64,000 bases of DNA from Strigamia acuminata (lineage: Eukaryota): assembly GCA_949358305.1 (NCBI GenBank), contig OX442314.1, forward strand, positions 7,068,001 through 7,132,000. The letters are read 5' to 3'. The position numbers were made by a program, and so were the translations under genes. The notes under the pieces were generated by a model that was given only the letters and a program-made list of their open reading frames with translations, had not been told where the DNA came from and did not search any database. This document shows positions 26,129 through 38,550 of this stretch, one piece after another (positions within the stretch are counted from its first letter, which is position 1; each line of letters begins with the position of its first letter).

Positions 26129-27686
26129 ACAGATAGCTAATCTTCCAGAAAAAGAAGAATGGAATCAGGCTATGTGCGATGAAATAGACACAATGCACGA
26201 ACGCGAGGTATGGGAGTTGGTTCCACCGCCACCCGACATAAAACCAATCGGATGCAAATGGATTTATACTGTCAAGCCGAACGATAAAGGAGAAATCGCC
26301 AGACACAAAGCGAGACTTGTGGCGCAGGGCTTCTCACAAGTCTATGGGGAATCCTATGAAGAAACCTTCTCGCCTGTAGTCGATTTTTCTATTGTACGCT
26401 TTATGTTTACACTGCTTGTCTGCATGTTGAAGTGGTCATATGTTCAGGCGGATGTCAAATGTGCCTACTTGTACGCGAAATTACACAAAACAATCTACAT
26501 GCGTCAACCCAAGGGATTCATTTGCCATGGGAAAGAAAATCATGTCTGCAAGTTGCTTCGAGCGATATACGGCTTACATCAGTCCGGAAGAGAATGGGGT
26601 ATTGAGCTCGAAGAAACCCTGCTGAAACTTGGCCTACAACACGTCAACTGGTGTAACTGCGTGTATAAGTTTGGAAACATTGCGTACTTGATCGTGTACG
26701 TTGATGATATTGTAGTTTTTGGCAAACACCTCGAAGACGCAATGAATGTCCTAAATATGATCAAAACGCAATTTGACCTAGTGATCTTGGGACAAACGAA
26801 GAAATTGTTGGGAGTTGAATTCCACCCATACAGACAACAAATGATACTGCATCAAAGGACTTACATCAACAAAGTGCTGCTAAGATTTGACAATCATTTG
26901 AAGTCAGTAAAGATTAGATCACAACCAATGATTAAATCAACCATTCTTACGAAGAAACAATGCCCAACTACAATCGAAGAATTTAAGGTCATGGAGAAAA
27001 TACCATATAGAAGCCTGCTTGGTTCTTTGGCATTTATAGGATCAAGAACAAGGCCTGACATGACCTACGCAATCAACATTCTGAGTCAATTTCAATCCAA
27101 CCCAGGATGGGAGCACTGGCTTGTACTCTTGGAGTTGCTTAGCTATTTAAGAACAACAAAAGACCTCGGATTGATGTTGTTTCCTAACGACCGAATTGAA
27201 GTCATTGGCTATAGCGACTCGGACTACGCCAACAATCGAGATGATCGAATTTCCGTTGGCGGGACTTTAGTAACGCTGGGCAGAGCGCCCATCTACTGGA
27301 GAACGTTCAAACAACGTAACGTGACACTGTCAACAATGGAGGCGGAGTATGTAGCTCTCACGGAAACTGTGAAAGACTACATATGGATTGTTCGAGTATT
27401 ATACGAGATTGTCCCTGATTTGGCCAACAAATTCCATCACCGAGTATTTTGTGACAACATCTCTACAGTGGACTTCACTAAATCGAACATTGAAAATCGG
27501 AAAACCAAACATATCGATGTGAGGTACCATTTTATACGAGAACTTGTCAAAAGGGATAACCTCCAGGTGATACATGTGGGAACCAAATCAAATTTCGCTG
27601 ATATTTTCACAAAGTCGGTCGACAAAGCCGACTTAATACAGTTCTGTAATCGATTTTTGGTTGGTCTCAATACGTTAAGCGCTTGA
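26109..27686 (+). CDS. Copia reverse transcriptase-RNase H, out of frame with integrase
   Basis: HKARLVAQGFSQ, IYGLHQSGREW, IVYVDDI, YSDSDYA, STMEAEY and KHIDVRYHFIRE. Confidence 0.95.
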   Translation: MISTRFEQIANLPEKEEWNQAMCDEIDTMHEREVWELVPPPPDIKPIGCKWIYTVKPNDKGEIARHKARLVAQGFSQVYGESYEETFSPVVDFSIVRFMFTLLVCMLKWSYVQADVKCAYLYAKLHKTIYMRQPKGFICHGKENHVCKLLRAIYGLHQSGREWGIELEETLLKLGLQHVNWCNCVYKFGNIAYLIVYVDDIVVFGKHLEDAMNVLNMIKTQFDLVILGQTKKLLGVEFHPYRQQMILHQRTYINKVLLRFDNHLKSVKIRSQPMIKSTILTKKQCPTTIEEFKVMEKIPYRSLLGSLAFIGSRTRPDMTYAINILSQFQSNPGWEHWLVLLELLSYLRTTKDLGLMLFPNDRIEVIGYSDSDYANNRDDRISVGGTLVTLGRAPIYWRTFKQRNVTLSTMEAEYVALTETVKDYIWIVRVLYEIVPDLANKFHHRVFCDNISTVDFTKSNIENRKTKHIDVRYHFIRELVKRDNLQVIHVGTKSNFADIFTKSVDKADLIQFCNRFLVGLNTLSA

Positions 27687-28017
27687 TGATACGAGGGGGC
27701 CGATTGTTAACTTATTGTGTATGTTAACTTTACCATGTGTGTATCGTATTATCAATCGACAGTGTTCCTTTCAATATATGAGTGTTTGTTTACGTTCGCA
27801 CAAATAGGTGCGATCATTAATGTATATTATTGCTATGTCATGCCAACAGGTGGCACTGTATACCCAAGGAGTCACGTGACATATGAATAAAGTTCTCACT
27901 CTATGTTATGCTTTGAACCACAAAAGGTCTTGTGTGTTTCTTTCCAATTAGGAGTTTTTCCACACCACTGTGTTATGAGTAAATCCACACCATTATTTAC
28001 CGGGATTTAACAGATAC

Positions 28018-29235
28018 GATGCGATGAAACGGGATACGGCGTCCGACAAGGAAAAATTCAGTGTTAAAAATTTGTCAATTTGGGTTTTAAAAATTTCACA
28101 AAACCCTCAACCGCGCCATTTGTAGCTGGATGGTATGGCGGCGAGAGAGTGTGACGGATTCCGTTTACTGCCAAAAACTGGCGGAATTCCTGCGAGGTAA
28201 ATTGTGGTCCGTTGTCGGTGTGAAAATGCAGTGGCAAACCGTGATTTTCGAACCAGGACTTGATAACTTCAATAGTGGCGGCAGCAGTCGTTGTCGACAT
28301 CTTGCGAATTTCGCACCACTTGGTTTTGGCGTCAACTGCCAACAGGAACATCGAGTTGTGGAACGGGCCGGCGAAGTCCAAGTGAATTCGTCCCCACACC
28401 TGGTCGGGAACTGGCCAACTGACGGTGTTTGATTTGGGCGGATCGGGCAGGCTTCGCTGGCATACGTCGCAATTCTTAATCGTTCGTTCGATGTCTGCGT
28501 CGATTCCAGGCCACCAAACCGTGGCTCGCGCCAACGATTTGGTACGGACAATGCCGTAATGAACTGCTTGGAGCTCGACCAACACCGAACGACGAACAGT
28601 TTTTGGGATCACCAACCTGTCGGAGAGAAATAGAAAATCATCAAAGGTTGAGAACGAGTCTCGATTTTTATAAAAGTCAGCGACGTCCGGCGTGCGTGAT
28701 TCCCATCCGGTGCGAACATGTCGCAAAACAGCTTGCAATACTAAGTAGGGGACATTGGAAAATCTGAAATATAAGCAGAATAAATTTTATTAATGCCGAC
28801 TTCCAAATCTTCTTTGCTGTCAACACTCGGTTGTGGGTTACGGGACAAGCCATCGGCAATGGCGTTGTCTACAGCAGGCACATGTTCAATAACAAAATCA
28901 TATGCGGATAGGAACACCGCCCAACGATGCAGTCGTGCAGCCACGATCTGATTACATCCCTTTTTCTCTCCAAAAATAGAAACAAGGGGTTTGTGATCCG
29001 TGCGCAGGAAGAAACGACGCCCAAACAGGTAGTGATGGAATTTTCTAATGCCATAAATAATGGCAAATCCTTCACGCTCTATCTGCGCGTAGTTCTTCTG
29101 CGCAGCGGACAACAAGGAGCTCGCAAAAGCAATGGGCTTGTGATTATTATCAGAATCAAGATGAGAAAGAAATGCTCCCACGCCTACCGGGGAAGCATCA
29201 ACTGTCAAAAATAATTTTTTAGACTGGTCAAAGTG
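28018..29235 (-). pseudogene. pol: Gypsy B RNase H and integrase fragments, frameshifted
   Basis: RNase H LTVDASPVGVGA...NYAQIERE...RTDHKPL. Integrase HYGIVRTK...CDVC, RIHLDFAGP, TDNGPQF, PYHPATNG. Confidence 0.9.
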
Positions 29236-31468
29236 GGCTAGCGCCGACCTTAACCTTTTTCCAGGTGGACTCATGCTCCTCTGTCCACTTCCACTCGACG
29301 TCGTCACGTGTTAAATGATATAACGGTTCGAGCAGAGTAGACAGATTTGCAACAAAGCGACCGTAATAATTGATGAGACCAAGAAACAACTTCAAGGAAG
29401 TGACATCATCGGGACGCTTTGCATCTCGGAGTGGAGCGAGTTTTGAATCTATCGGAGAAATACCGTTTTTGGAAATATTTAAACCTAAAAACTGAATCGA
29501 TTGTTGTAAGAAGCGACACTTCCGGCGATTCAACGTGAGACCGGCTTCACCGAATGTCGTCAAGAGCACGTCCAAATTTTGCAGGTGAACCGCGTTGGTC
29601 ACACCTGTCACGGCAGAATCATCGATGAATGGTTGTGTACTATTCACCTTGGCCGTCAACTGGTCCATCGTTTGTTGGAATATAGCGGAAGCGGACGAAA
29701 TATCGTAAAAAAGCCTATTTACTCTGAAAAGACCCAAATGAGTGTTAATCGTGCAAGACATTTTACTCTCCTCATCCAATTCCAGTTGATTGAAAGCTGA
29801 ATTCATATCTAATACTGAATAAGTTTCTCCCCCCGACAATTTGGCGGTCATATCTGCAAATAAATGCAAAGGATATGAGTTGGGAAAAATAGCTTTGTTA
29901 ATTGTCCGATTGTAGCAGCCAGCCAATTTGATGGTGCCATCAGACTTTTTAACATGCATCACGGGCATCGCCCAACGTGATGATGCGACAGGGGTTATAA
30001 TACCAAGCGCTTGCAAACGCGCCAACTCAGCCTCGACCAATGGCTTAACTGCAATGGGGACTGAGTAAGCTTTTAGAAAAATCGGCTGCACCGTTGGATC
30101 AACATCAATGTGGACTTTCGACTTGTTAAAGCAACCAATTTCATCTCGGAAGGTGTGCTCGTGCTTCAGCAACAACGTTTCCAAGGCTTTGGCTGAAGTG
30201 GAGTCAAGAACCTCGGACTGAGTTGCAACGGAATCGGCCTTGTAAATTTTTGCGCCGACCGCTTCAGCAGTTTTGGAAAGGAGACCGAACATACATAACC
30301 AACCCCTGCCCAACAACGGAACTGGACCATCCCGTGCGACACAGAGTGGCAATTGGAAATTTCGATTCTTAAACCTGACTGGCACCTCAATGATTCCCTC
30401 CATCGGTATTCGATCGCCCGTAAACGTGAACATGCCGCACGGAATGGTCTGCAAAGGAAAATGAGAAAAATGTTTTAAATAAAGATCCAAAGCAATAATT
30501 GAAGCACCTGTCCCCGTGTCCATCTCCATATCGAGATTGACACCATCGATACAAATGGTAATCATGACCGGCTTCACACGTGGCAAGTACACTGAATTCA
30601 CAGCAGTAGCAGGACCAGTGCGGACTTGATAAAAGTCCATGTCCTCGTTGAAACGAACAGCATGAGTAGAATTCGATGCTGGAACACGAGAACGACACAC
30701 CGGACGAATATGTCCAGTTTTTCCACAGCCATAGCACTTGGCGTCCCGAAAACGGCACGTATCGCGAGAGTGGTTTGATTTACCACAGGCTGAGCACCCC
30801 GACGCATTTCCTTTACTGGATGGTTGGTGTGGAACTGGAGAAGCAGCATTTTTCTTTGTGAAACGCTTCCCGCCTCGCTTGTTCGACTCGTATCGCGGTT
30901 TTGACTCGTGGAGTTTGTGCACAGGAGTGGCGGTGGTATTTTGGGCAGCAATGGTCGAAAATTCCTTCGACAACACCTCGGCGGAAGCGGCAAAAGCAAC
31001 GGCGTCGTCGAAAGTCAGTCCGGTTTTCAAAGTCAATGCTTGTTGGACTTGTTCATTTTGCAAGCCACATAAAAAACGATTCCGCAGCTCGTCCGATTTA
31101 TTGTCACCAAAGTCGCAATTCAAGGCGAGTTCCTGGAGAACCACGGAATACTCTGTAACCGATTCACCTGGTTGGCGATCGCGCCGATGGAATTGTCGAA
31201 TTTCGGCCAAAACGAGCGGCTTCGGGCGGGCATTCTTCTGCACGAGCGCTACCAATTCGTCGTACTTTAATTCGGCCGGCTTTTTGGGTGCTGCAAGCGA
31301 CACCAAAAGCTTAAACGTCGGCATCCCCACGTACGAGAGCAGCGTGTGGACCTGCTCTAAATCGTTGACTATTTTGTTGCAGGCGAAAATACTCGCCATG
31401 CGCAAACAATACAGCTCCCAGTCATCGTTGGGATCATGTTCGCAAGGTGTGCCTTTCAACGTCGACAT
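29228..31468 (-). pseudogene. gag-pol: Gypsy B gag-protease-RT, frameshifted before RNase H
   Basis: Gag DDWELYCLR, knuckle CYGCGKTGHIRPVC, protease MDTG and RT PFIDD. Confidence 0.9.
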
Positions 31469-32351
31469 CTTGATATGGCAAGGAGACGGAATACAGCACC
31501 AAAAAACGCGAAAATTTGAAGCACAAAACGACTAGGCCTACTTCGGGGACGGCGTGGTCAGCGACGGTCAAAAACGGCCAAAAGGTTCATCAAACGTTCA
31601 AAAAACTCACATAAAAGTAGATACGATACTGCATCTGGTCGTGGGTCGTCGATTGCGATCCCCCTCGTCGCCAATTGTTGTGTATTTATCGTTGATGAAG
31701 GTAGTGGTCAAGAAAACAACATGTCAGCTAAGCTAAACTAAAGTGACTGATTTATTCAAGAATTACAATATAGGTGGCGCTGCTCTTAAAAGCGCCGAAA
31801 CATAACGATTGGTCAAGATTGACCTATGGAGTAGGACACTCCACTGAATGTACTTTATTTCCTGCAGCTTCATCGGGGACGACCGCTTCGGTGCTCGCTA
31901 CAGCATAAATTCTAATCTGGTAGTAAATGAAGTAAATGAATCAAAACGAATCAAATCATAAGCATTTTAAATTTTTATTTATTTTTATTTTCCACAATTT
32001 CCATTAATTATTAAATTTGTAAAAACCATAAGCTTACTTCTACGGTGGTGTCTTGTTCGTCTCGTAGTTTAGTCGCAGTCACATTCACCATACTCATCAC
32101 AGGAACCGCTCTTCCCATTTTTTGCACACTCAGCTATGCAGCTTTTACTGTTACATGTTGCAGTAGCCATCACTGCTAATCAGGTTAGAACATGTCAACG
32201 GTTAAAGGTCATAAGAAGAGAAAAATAAAAATTAACGAGAAGATTATTTATGTCATTATTAGACCAAATCCATTGTTTGTACGTGTTCAATTGTTTCTCA
32301 ATTGTTATTGTTCGTTTAAACTTTGGAAAATTGTTAAATGTCCTCCATTTT

Positions 32352-32689
32352 TAGTTTACGAAAGTTTCCAAAAGTTGCCTATGGTGGAGCTTTTTATGAC
32401 GTCATCGGCAACAAACAAGCAGCTTTTTAGCATGGGCTTGGCTTCATTTAAGAGTTACAAATTTTTTTTTCCAATAATTTGACAATACTGTTAGGTTATT
32501 GGGCTTTTTAATATTCAGTAAATATTCAAATTTGCTATTTGGTGCATGTGTATAGGTTCAAAATAACTGATAAAAAATTTTTGTAGCACTTAAATGAAGT
32601 CAAGCCCATGCTAAAAAGCTGCTTGTTTGTCGCCGATGACATCATAAAAAGCCCCACCAACGGCAACTTTTGGAAACTTTCGAAAACTG
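32352..32689. mobile_element. MITE with ~100-bp imperfect TIRs
   Basis: agtttccaaaagttgcc...ttcatttaag is inverted at the other end. A related fragment lies at ~58620-58680. Confidence 0.75.
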
Positions 32690-33989
32690 TGTTACAGCGT
32701 TGTATGACACGTTGTCCGGGTTAGCCTCGGGTGTCGGATCAATTCTCAGTTGGGGTGCGGTCTGGTTCGTGCTTATCGCGGCCTTAGCCTTGGCCCCGAC
32801 CGTGCCCTTCGCGCGTGTTCTAGAATGCGGAGTTGCACTCGTTTGGATTCGACGTCAGCTTCCAATGGGCTGGCATAGGGATTTGCCTCTCACCAATCCG
32901 TCATTAATGCGTTGATCTTCTCCTCCTCCGCTTTACCCCACTTACTAGGGTGCGGATCCTTCTTCCGTCGCTTCGGGGCGGGTTGAGACAGCCCAACCTC
33001 AGAATCGAAACGAGCCGAAGGATGTTCGCTAGCTGTTTGACCCGCTCGAAACGGTCTTGGTTGCAGGTTTCCTTGGTTTGCAGTCGTGGACGTCTCCGGT
33101 GGATCCGGCTGGTCAAAACCAGCTTTCTGCAAGTGTTCTGTAAAGAGCTTTTGGTGGCCAGAAGACGATGAAAAACAAGTGAAACAGTGCTTAAATGTGC
33201 GGAGAGATCGCACACCGCGTCCGCCATCTTTTATTTCACATGAAGCAATGATAAACACATGGGTTGAGGCTATTTAGGTTCAACCACATACAAAACATAA
33301 TGGTAGAATAACGACACAGAAAACACGACGATTATCGCTCTTTCGAGCAGACGACAGATGCACGTCATCATAATAACACAACCAGTTGGGGTACCGTAAC
33401 ACGTGAGGCATAAAAACATGATCAACTGGCTGACCATTAGTGACGAAACTAATAACGCGCTAGTTGTGCTAATCCATAAACACACAACTGAAACAACCGA
33501 CATAAATAGTTTATCGCAAACCAACATTCCGTTCAGGTCTCCCAGCTGGTGGTGGTCATCCATAATATCTCAGAGTGGATGCAATCGCGATCACCACCTA
33601 CTCGGGTGAGAAATCTCTCAAACCACCCCTCTTCCCAGGCAGTTGGGACATGGGATCTTTCGGGTGGTTGGTATCTGAGTTAATTAATCAATATTGAGTT
33701 TTTTATGAATATTTATTGGACCTCCACATTATTCATGATTAGACCTCGAATATTTATGCAAAATAAAATTTGTTTTATGCACATAAAATCTGCACCAAAA
33801 ATTCCATTTTATGAAAAATAAAAATAAAAATATGCAAAATAAAAAAATTTATTCGAGTGAAATCAGGTGTTAAATAACAACTTAAAATAAAAAATAATTC
33901 CTATGCATTTATGCAGTTATCCAGGCCTTATTCATGATTTATGTCAACTAAAACCTAACAAGATTTAATTAAGATTCAATAAAGAAAAA

Positions 33990-36900
33990 TCAAAAAACAA
34001 TTTCATTCCCGTTCCGCGGCAACTTTGAGTATTTTATTTTTAAAGCATCGCCGACTTGATCCACTGCTCGTAAAACCTGTAAAAATCAAACACAAATTCA
34101 ACAACCCAAAAAGAAAAATAAATGGAGTTAATTGACATACTCTATCTAACATCTCTTTTGTATGTCCAGCAGACAAGCAAAACCGAGCTCGATCTTTCAT
34201 AGGAGGTGTTACAGGAAAACCACATGCAATAACTGCAATTCCATGATTCGCCATACGTGAAACATAAGCCCTACAAATGATACAAGTAACTTTAAGGCCC
34301 CATAGACGACATTCGTATCATATTCTTGGGTAACGGCTTTAAATAAGCGGTAATATTTTAGTACGGTAATTTTAATGTTTGTTACTTTATATTTGTCAAA
34401 AAATTAAAATTAATTAATTAAAATTTTTTAAAAAGAAATATAAAATTACAAACATTAAAATTACTGCTAAAAATAAATAAAAAATAAAAGTAAATTTTTT
34501 TTACAGGCAACAGGATTTGAACTTGTGTGGAAAGATTCTTGGTCCATTGCCTTAACCACTGGGCCACCACTACAAACTATTGTTGCCTGCATGGAGACAG
34601 TCATGTTGGTGAACACAGTTGTGATGTCATACATCATGAGATATCAATTACTTGGGTTCCAGAGTGTGAAAATCGGATGATTTTACGTGTAAAGTGAATT
34701 ATTGTTCGATTATTGTGTCATATTGGTATTTCCATTTTACATTACATTGCTATTTGTATTTCCATTTTTTACTTGATTTGTTGTTTCATTTTATATTGGT
34801 GATTGGATATTTCTAATTAATTGACTGAATTTGATATTGATATATTTCACATTTATACTTTTTAAATATTACATTTTTTGTTGTAGATTTATGTTGATGT
34901 TTTATTTCGAGTGTGGTGACCTGTTTCAAATTCAACTGATGTTTTACCCCCACGTTAATCCCTTAATTGGTGGGGTTTTTCCTAACGTGCAAGCACCGTT
35001 TTCATTGGTGCTCTGAACACGTCATCCACATTCCTCTACCTTTCCTTTTGTGTTTAAAATAAGAATAAAAACCAGTGTACCTTTTACCTCTAAAACGTGT
35101 GGTTGTGCTTTTACTTTGCTCCAACGCCATCTTTGAATTTCACCACCATCTCAACTTTATTCATCCACTTGTATCCAGGACTTTGGAAATTTGTTTGGTA
35201 GATTTGTATTGATTTAAACTTATGCAAATTTAACACAGAGTAAGGTTTGAACAGGCTAATCACCAAGTGTAGTGCTACACTTTTTTACTCAGCCTATTTG
35301 CATGAAAAATAAACTCCCTCAGCCAACAAAGTTCTACTTTGACAATGCCATTGTTAGTTAACTCTAGCTTATGGAGTAAAATGCTTTGAAATGGTTAAAG
35401 AACTACTTGTAATTGTTATCTCACATAATTAATTTTAAAATTGGTGAGTATGTTATTAATACCTTCTACTTGTTAGTTCTATGTCAAAGAGGCCCTAGAT
35501 GGATACCAAAACTCACCGTGATTTAGCTGTCATGAATAACAGCACGGGCACTACGGGAGAAGAGTCATTGCCATAAACTATAAAACCCATTTCCTTCAAC
35601 CGTCTTCGAAAATACAACGTATTTCTCGCCAATTGTTTCAATTTTGTTTCGCCGACCTTTGTCCCATCTACACCCATAATTATTTCCATAGAAGATACAA
35701 TTTGTTGAGCGACTGGTGGCGACATACTGCAACCGTAAACCATGGCGTGCGAACGTCTTCTGATGTGATCTACCAATTCCTAGAAATTTCCTATTATAAA
35801 TTCATAAATCTAAGAGCTTTTTCTAAAAAAAAGTACTTTTTTCCCTGCAATATAACCACCATTTGCTGCAAAACTTTTAGTAAAAGTGCCCATTAAGATA
35901 TCCACGTCTTCGGGCTGGCAATTGAAGTATTCGACTACGCCTCGACCATGTGCACCCAAAGCTCCAATGCTGTGAGCTTCGTCCACATACAAATACGCTT
36001 TGTATTTCTTTTTAAGGCGGATAACCTCAGGTAAATGGACAATTGACCCTTCCATGCTAATGTAAAGAAAATTGTAAAATTTAATTTAATTCTTTGCGTA
36101 ATTCTTAGCCATCTTAACCTATAAATTCCTTCCACTATTATGATTATTTTCTTCCAAGCTCGGCCGGTTTTAGGTTGACCAATAATAATTGCATTTTTCA
36201 ATGTATTTTCTAAACTCTGCATGTCTAAAATTAGAAAATGTAATCCTCTAAAATTGTATTTTGTGTGATATTTAAGTCAAACTGTAAAAATTTCTGCAGC
36301 GAAATAAAATTTGAATGTTGCTGCGCGTTAAGCTTTGCTGAAATTCTGAAAATTGATTGTTGCTGCCCCTTGAGCTTTGCTGCAACATTGAAGTTTGATT
36401 CTTGCTGCCCCTTGAGTTTGCTGCAATAATAAAATTTAATTTTTGCTGTTCCTTGAGCTTTGCTGCAATACTGACAAGTGAATGTAATTTTTTCTGCCCC
36501 TTGAGTTTTGCTGCAATATTAAAATTTGACTTTTGCTGCTTCTTGTGCTATTTAGCAGTTTAAAATTATTACCATTGTGTTTAAACACTCTAACAGTAGC
36601 GCCAGAGATACGACAACCGACAGCTATCGACGTATGATTGAATTGGTCGCTTATTACCAAGCAACCTTTCCCCAATAACGAAGGAATGCACATTGTATTT
36701 GTTGCATATCCCATTCCAAATGTAATACAATCTTCAGTACCTAAAAATCGTGCTGTCAATTCATTTAACTTGGAGTGAATGTCTAATACACCTAATAAAA
36801 CAAAAATAATAATAATTACAATAATAATAAAAACAAAAGAAGCAAACGCACCTAACTCTTGTGGAGAACTGCAAACACCAATGCCATACTGACCAACTGC

Positions 36901-38081
36901 TATCTCGACCGCATCGGTGCTCGGTCCTTGATTTTGAGCAAATCCTAAATAATTGTACGACCCTGTATTGAGCATTTCATGCTTTTTGCCTGTAAGCCTA
37001 TTTTTAAGAATGCAATCAATAAGCAATATGCCTGTTGAGAATATATACTACTCTGCCCAGAACTGGATTTACCACTATACAGTACTCATCAATTATAACG
37101 ATATTAACCGGACCCTTGAAATGCCGTAACAATGTACGGTACTTCAAATTGGTCTTATCTGATTATGCCGTAGAGCGGATAGCCTTGTTTGGGTGTGGGT
37201 GAGTTTATATTAAAACTAAATCATCCACATCAAAACAATCATCGCCAAGGATGACCAGCGTCACTGACACACACTGCCCAATGGCCCTGAGGTCAGCCCT
37301 AGTAGAGTGTGGACTGACCTAGTGAAGAGAACGAGGGAGTTCAGTGGTGTAGGAAGTAGGAAGTTGTTTGGGGAAGCCCGCGAGAGTAATCATCCTCTGC
37401 ACTGCTCTATCCTCCTTCCTATTCACCACTGCGACGTTCAGTGGTGTGATGTTGGATTCACCACAACCTCCATGAGCAGCCGCATGGGCCGAGGTATGTA
37501 CAGGGAATCTTTGACCCCGAAACAACAGATTAAAGATCACCAAACACAACGATCTTGAGTCCCTTGTCTTTATTTACATGAGCATCCGTCCTACCCCAGG
37601 GTATCTTGTTCCGAGGTTGCACTGGGTAATTCCACGCCGTCAGAATAATACAGATGATGATAGTAAGATTTTTATTTTTGTAACAATTTTACCTGAAGTG
37701 CCATCCATTATCTGGTGTTTCCCGTTCCAAAATTGTTATGTAAACACCTGGCATGCTGCATATTGGTTTGTCCACAGTTTCCTTAAGCCTTCGATGAACA
37801 TGATGTTCATAGAAACTTTCGTTTTCCACATACAGTGGAACGTAATCCTAAGTACACATATAATTAACAAAAAAATACCATGATAAATTAATTATTGTTT
37901 TTACCTCATGACCCTTTTCCACTTCCAAATTGTTTGACTCAAAATTCCAATGAACAAGAAATTGACGGAATCTTGAGAAACTCATCACAATAACATGGCC
38001 TAAAAGTGATAAAGATTTCACAAGTGGAGATGGTTCCTCAAAAGACTCTTTCATCAAATTAGGTGTTTCCACTGAATACAT
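33990..38081 (-). CDS. SPTLC2: Serine palmitoyltransferase 2-like paralog B (divergent), 9 exons: 37905-38081, 37693-37847, 36852-36997, 36573-36791, 36119-36224, 35837-36056, 35517-35779, 34141-34270, 33990-34076
   Basis: All introns are GT-AG with consistent phases. Motifs are [29 protein letters not shown]-Lys GTFTKSF and RARFCLSA. Exons 2-8 equal paralog A in length. Confidence 0.92.
34502..34573 (-). pseudogene. Degenerate tRNA-Ser-like sequence (pseudogene or SINE head)
   Basis: GTAGTGGTGGCCCAGTGGTTAAGGCAATGGAC...GTTCAAATCC. A and B boxes are present, but the anticodon and variable arms are disrupted. Confidence 0.55.
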
Positions 38082-38550
38082 GTTTAAACTACTTTGGGGC
38101 TCAGAGTCAGTATATAGTTTTAATTTTCTTCATTAGACTATATTGACGTAAATTTGCTGATGAAGAATTCAGATAATTTATGCAATAATCATTTCGGCCA
38201 GCTGTCAGTGGGCTGATGGCAATGTAAATAATTGTTTATTTATTTCCTACTCTTTTATCTTTCTTTTGCAACTTTTGCAACTAATTAAGCAGTATTGCAA
38301 TGTTTCTTGAAAGCAGAGTGACGCAGCAGAAGCGGGCTCGGCTCAAAACACAGACAACACAATCAGCAATAATCTCCAACCAATCTAGGCCAACTTTATT
38401 TTTTTTTTTATTTTATTTTAATTTTATGGGACTCTTTTTTCTTCATTTCATGCGCGCATGTGAATTGTTTTTGTCTTTTCTGGGGAGGTAGTGCAGGAAA
38501 AAGAACAGCAACCGCTGATATAGATAAGTTTGTTGTCAGATAAAAATGTA

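Larger units (their letters stand above)
19923..28012 (+). mobile_element. Ty1/Copia LTR retrotransposon with MBD-like domain
   Basis: 308-bp LTRs at 19923-20230 and 27705-28012 (2 differences seen) with 5-bp TSD gatac. Copia-type PBS GGTTATGGGCC at 20232 and PPT gagggggc. Domain order is gag-PR-IN-RT-RH. Confidence 0.95.
16315..31843 (-). mobile_element. Ty3/Gypsy (Mag-like) element 'Gypsy B', defective, with nested insertions
   Basis: Short ~170-bp LTRs: 31676-31843, and 16315-16341 + 19039-19182 (split). TSD ctgaa at 16310-16314 and 31844-31848. PBS TGGCGACGAGG at ~31663-31673 and PPT at ~19183-19190. Confidence 0.9.

Noticed and set aside
30738..31535. 265-aa plus-strand ORF
   Set aside because: Antisense shadow of Gypsy B gag.
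32692..33400. Possible solo LTR (tgttac...gtaaca) with short ORFs
   Set aside because: No convincing TSD and no second copy in the window.
36436..37026. 196-aa ORF with apparent TM segment [15 protein letters not shown]
   Set aside because: The hydrophobic stretch is read-through of a 60-nt GT-AG intron (36792-36851), not protein.
37120..37590. LTR-like insert in SPT2-B intron 2
   Set aside because: Termini and TSD could not be defined.
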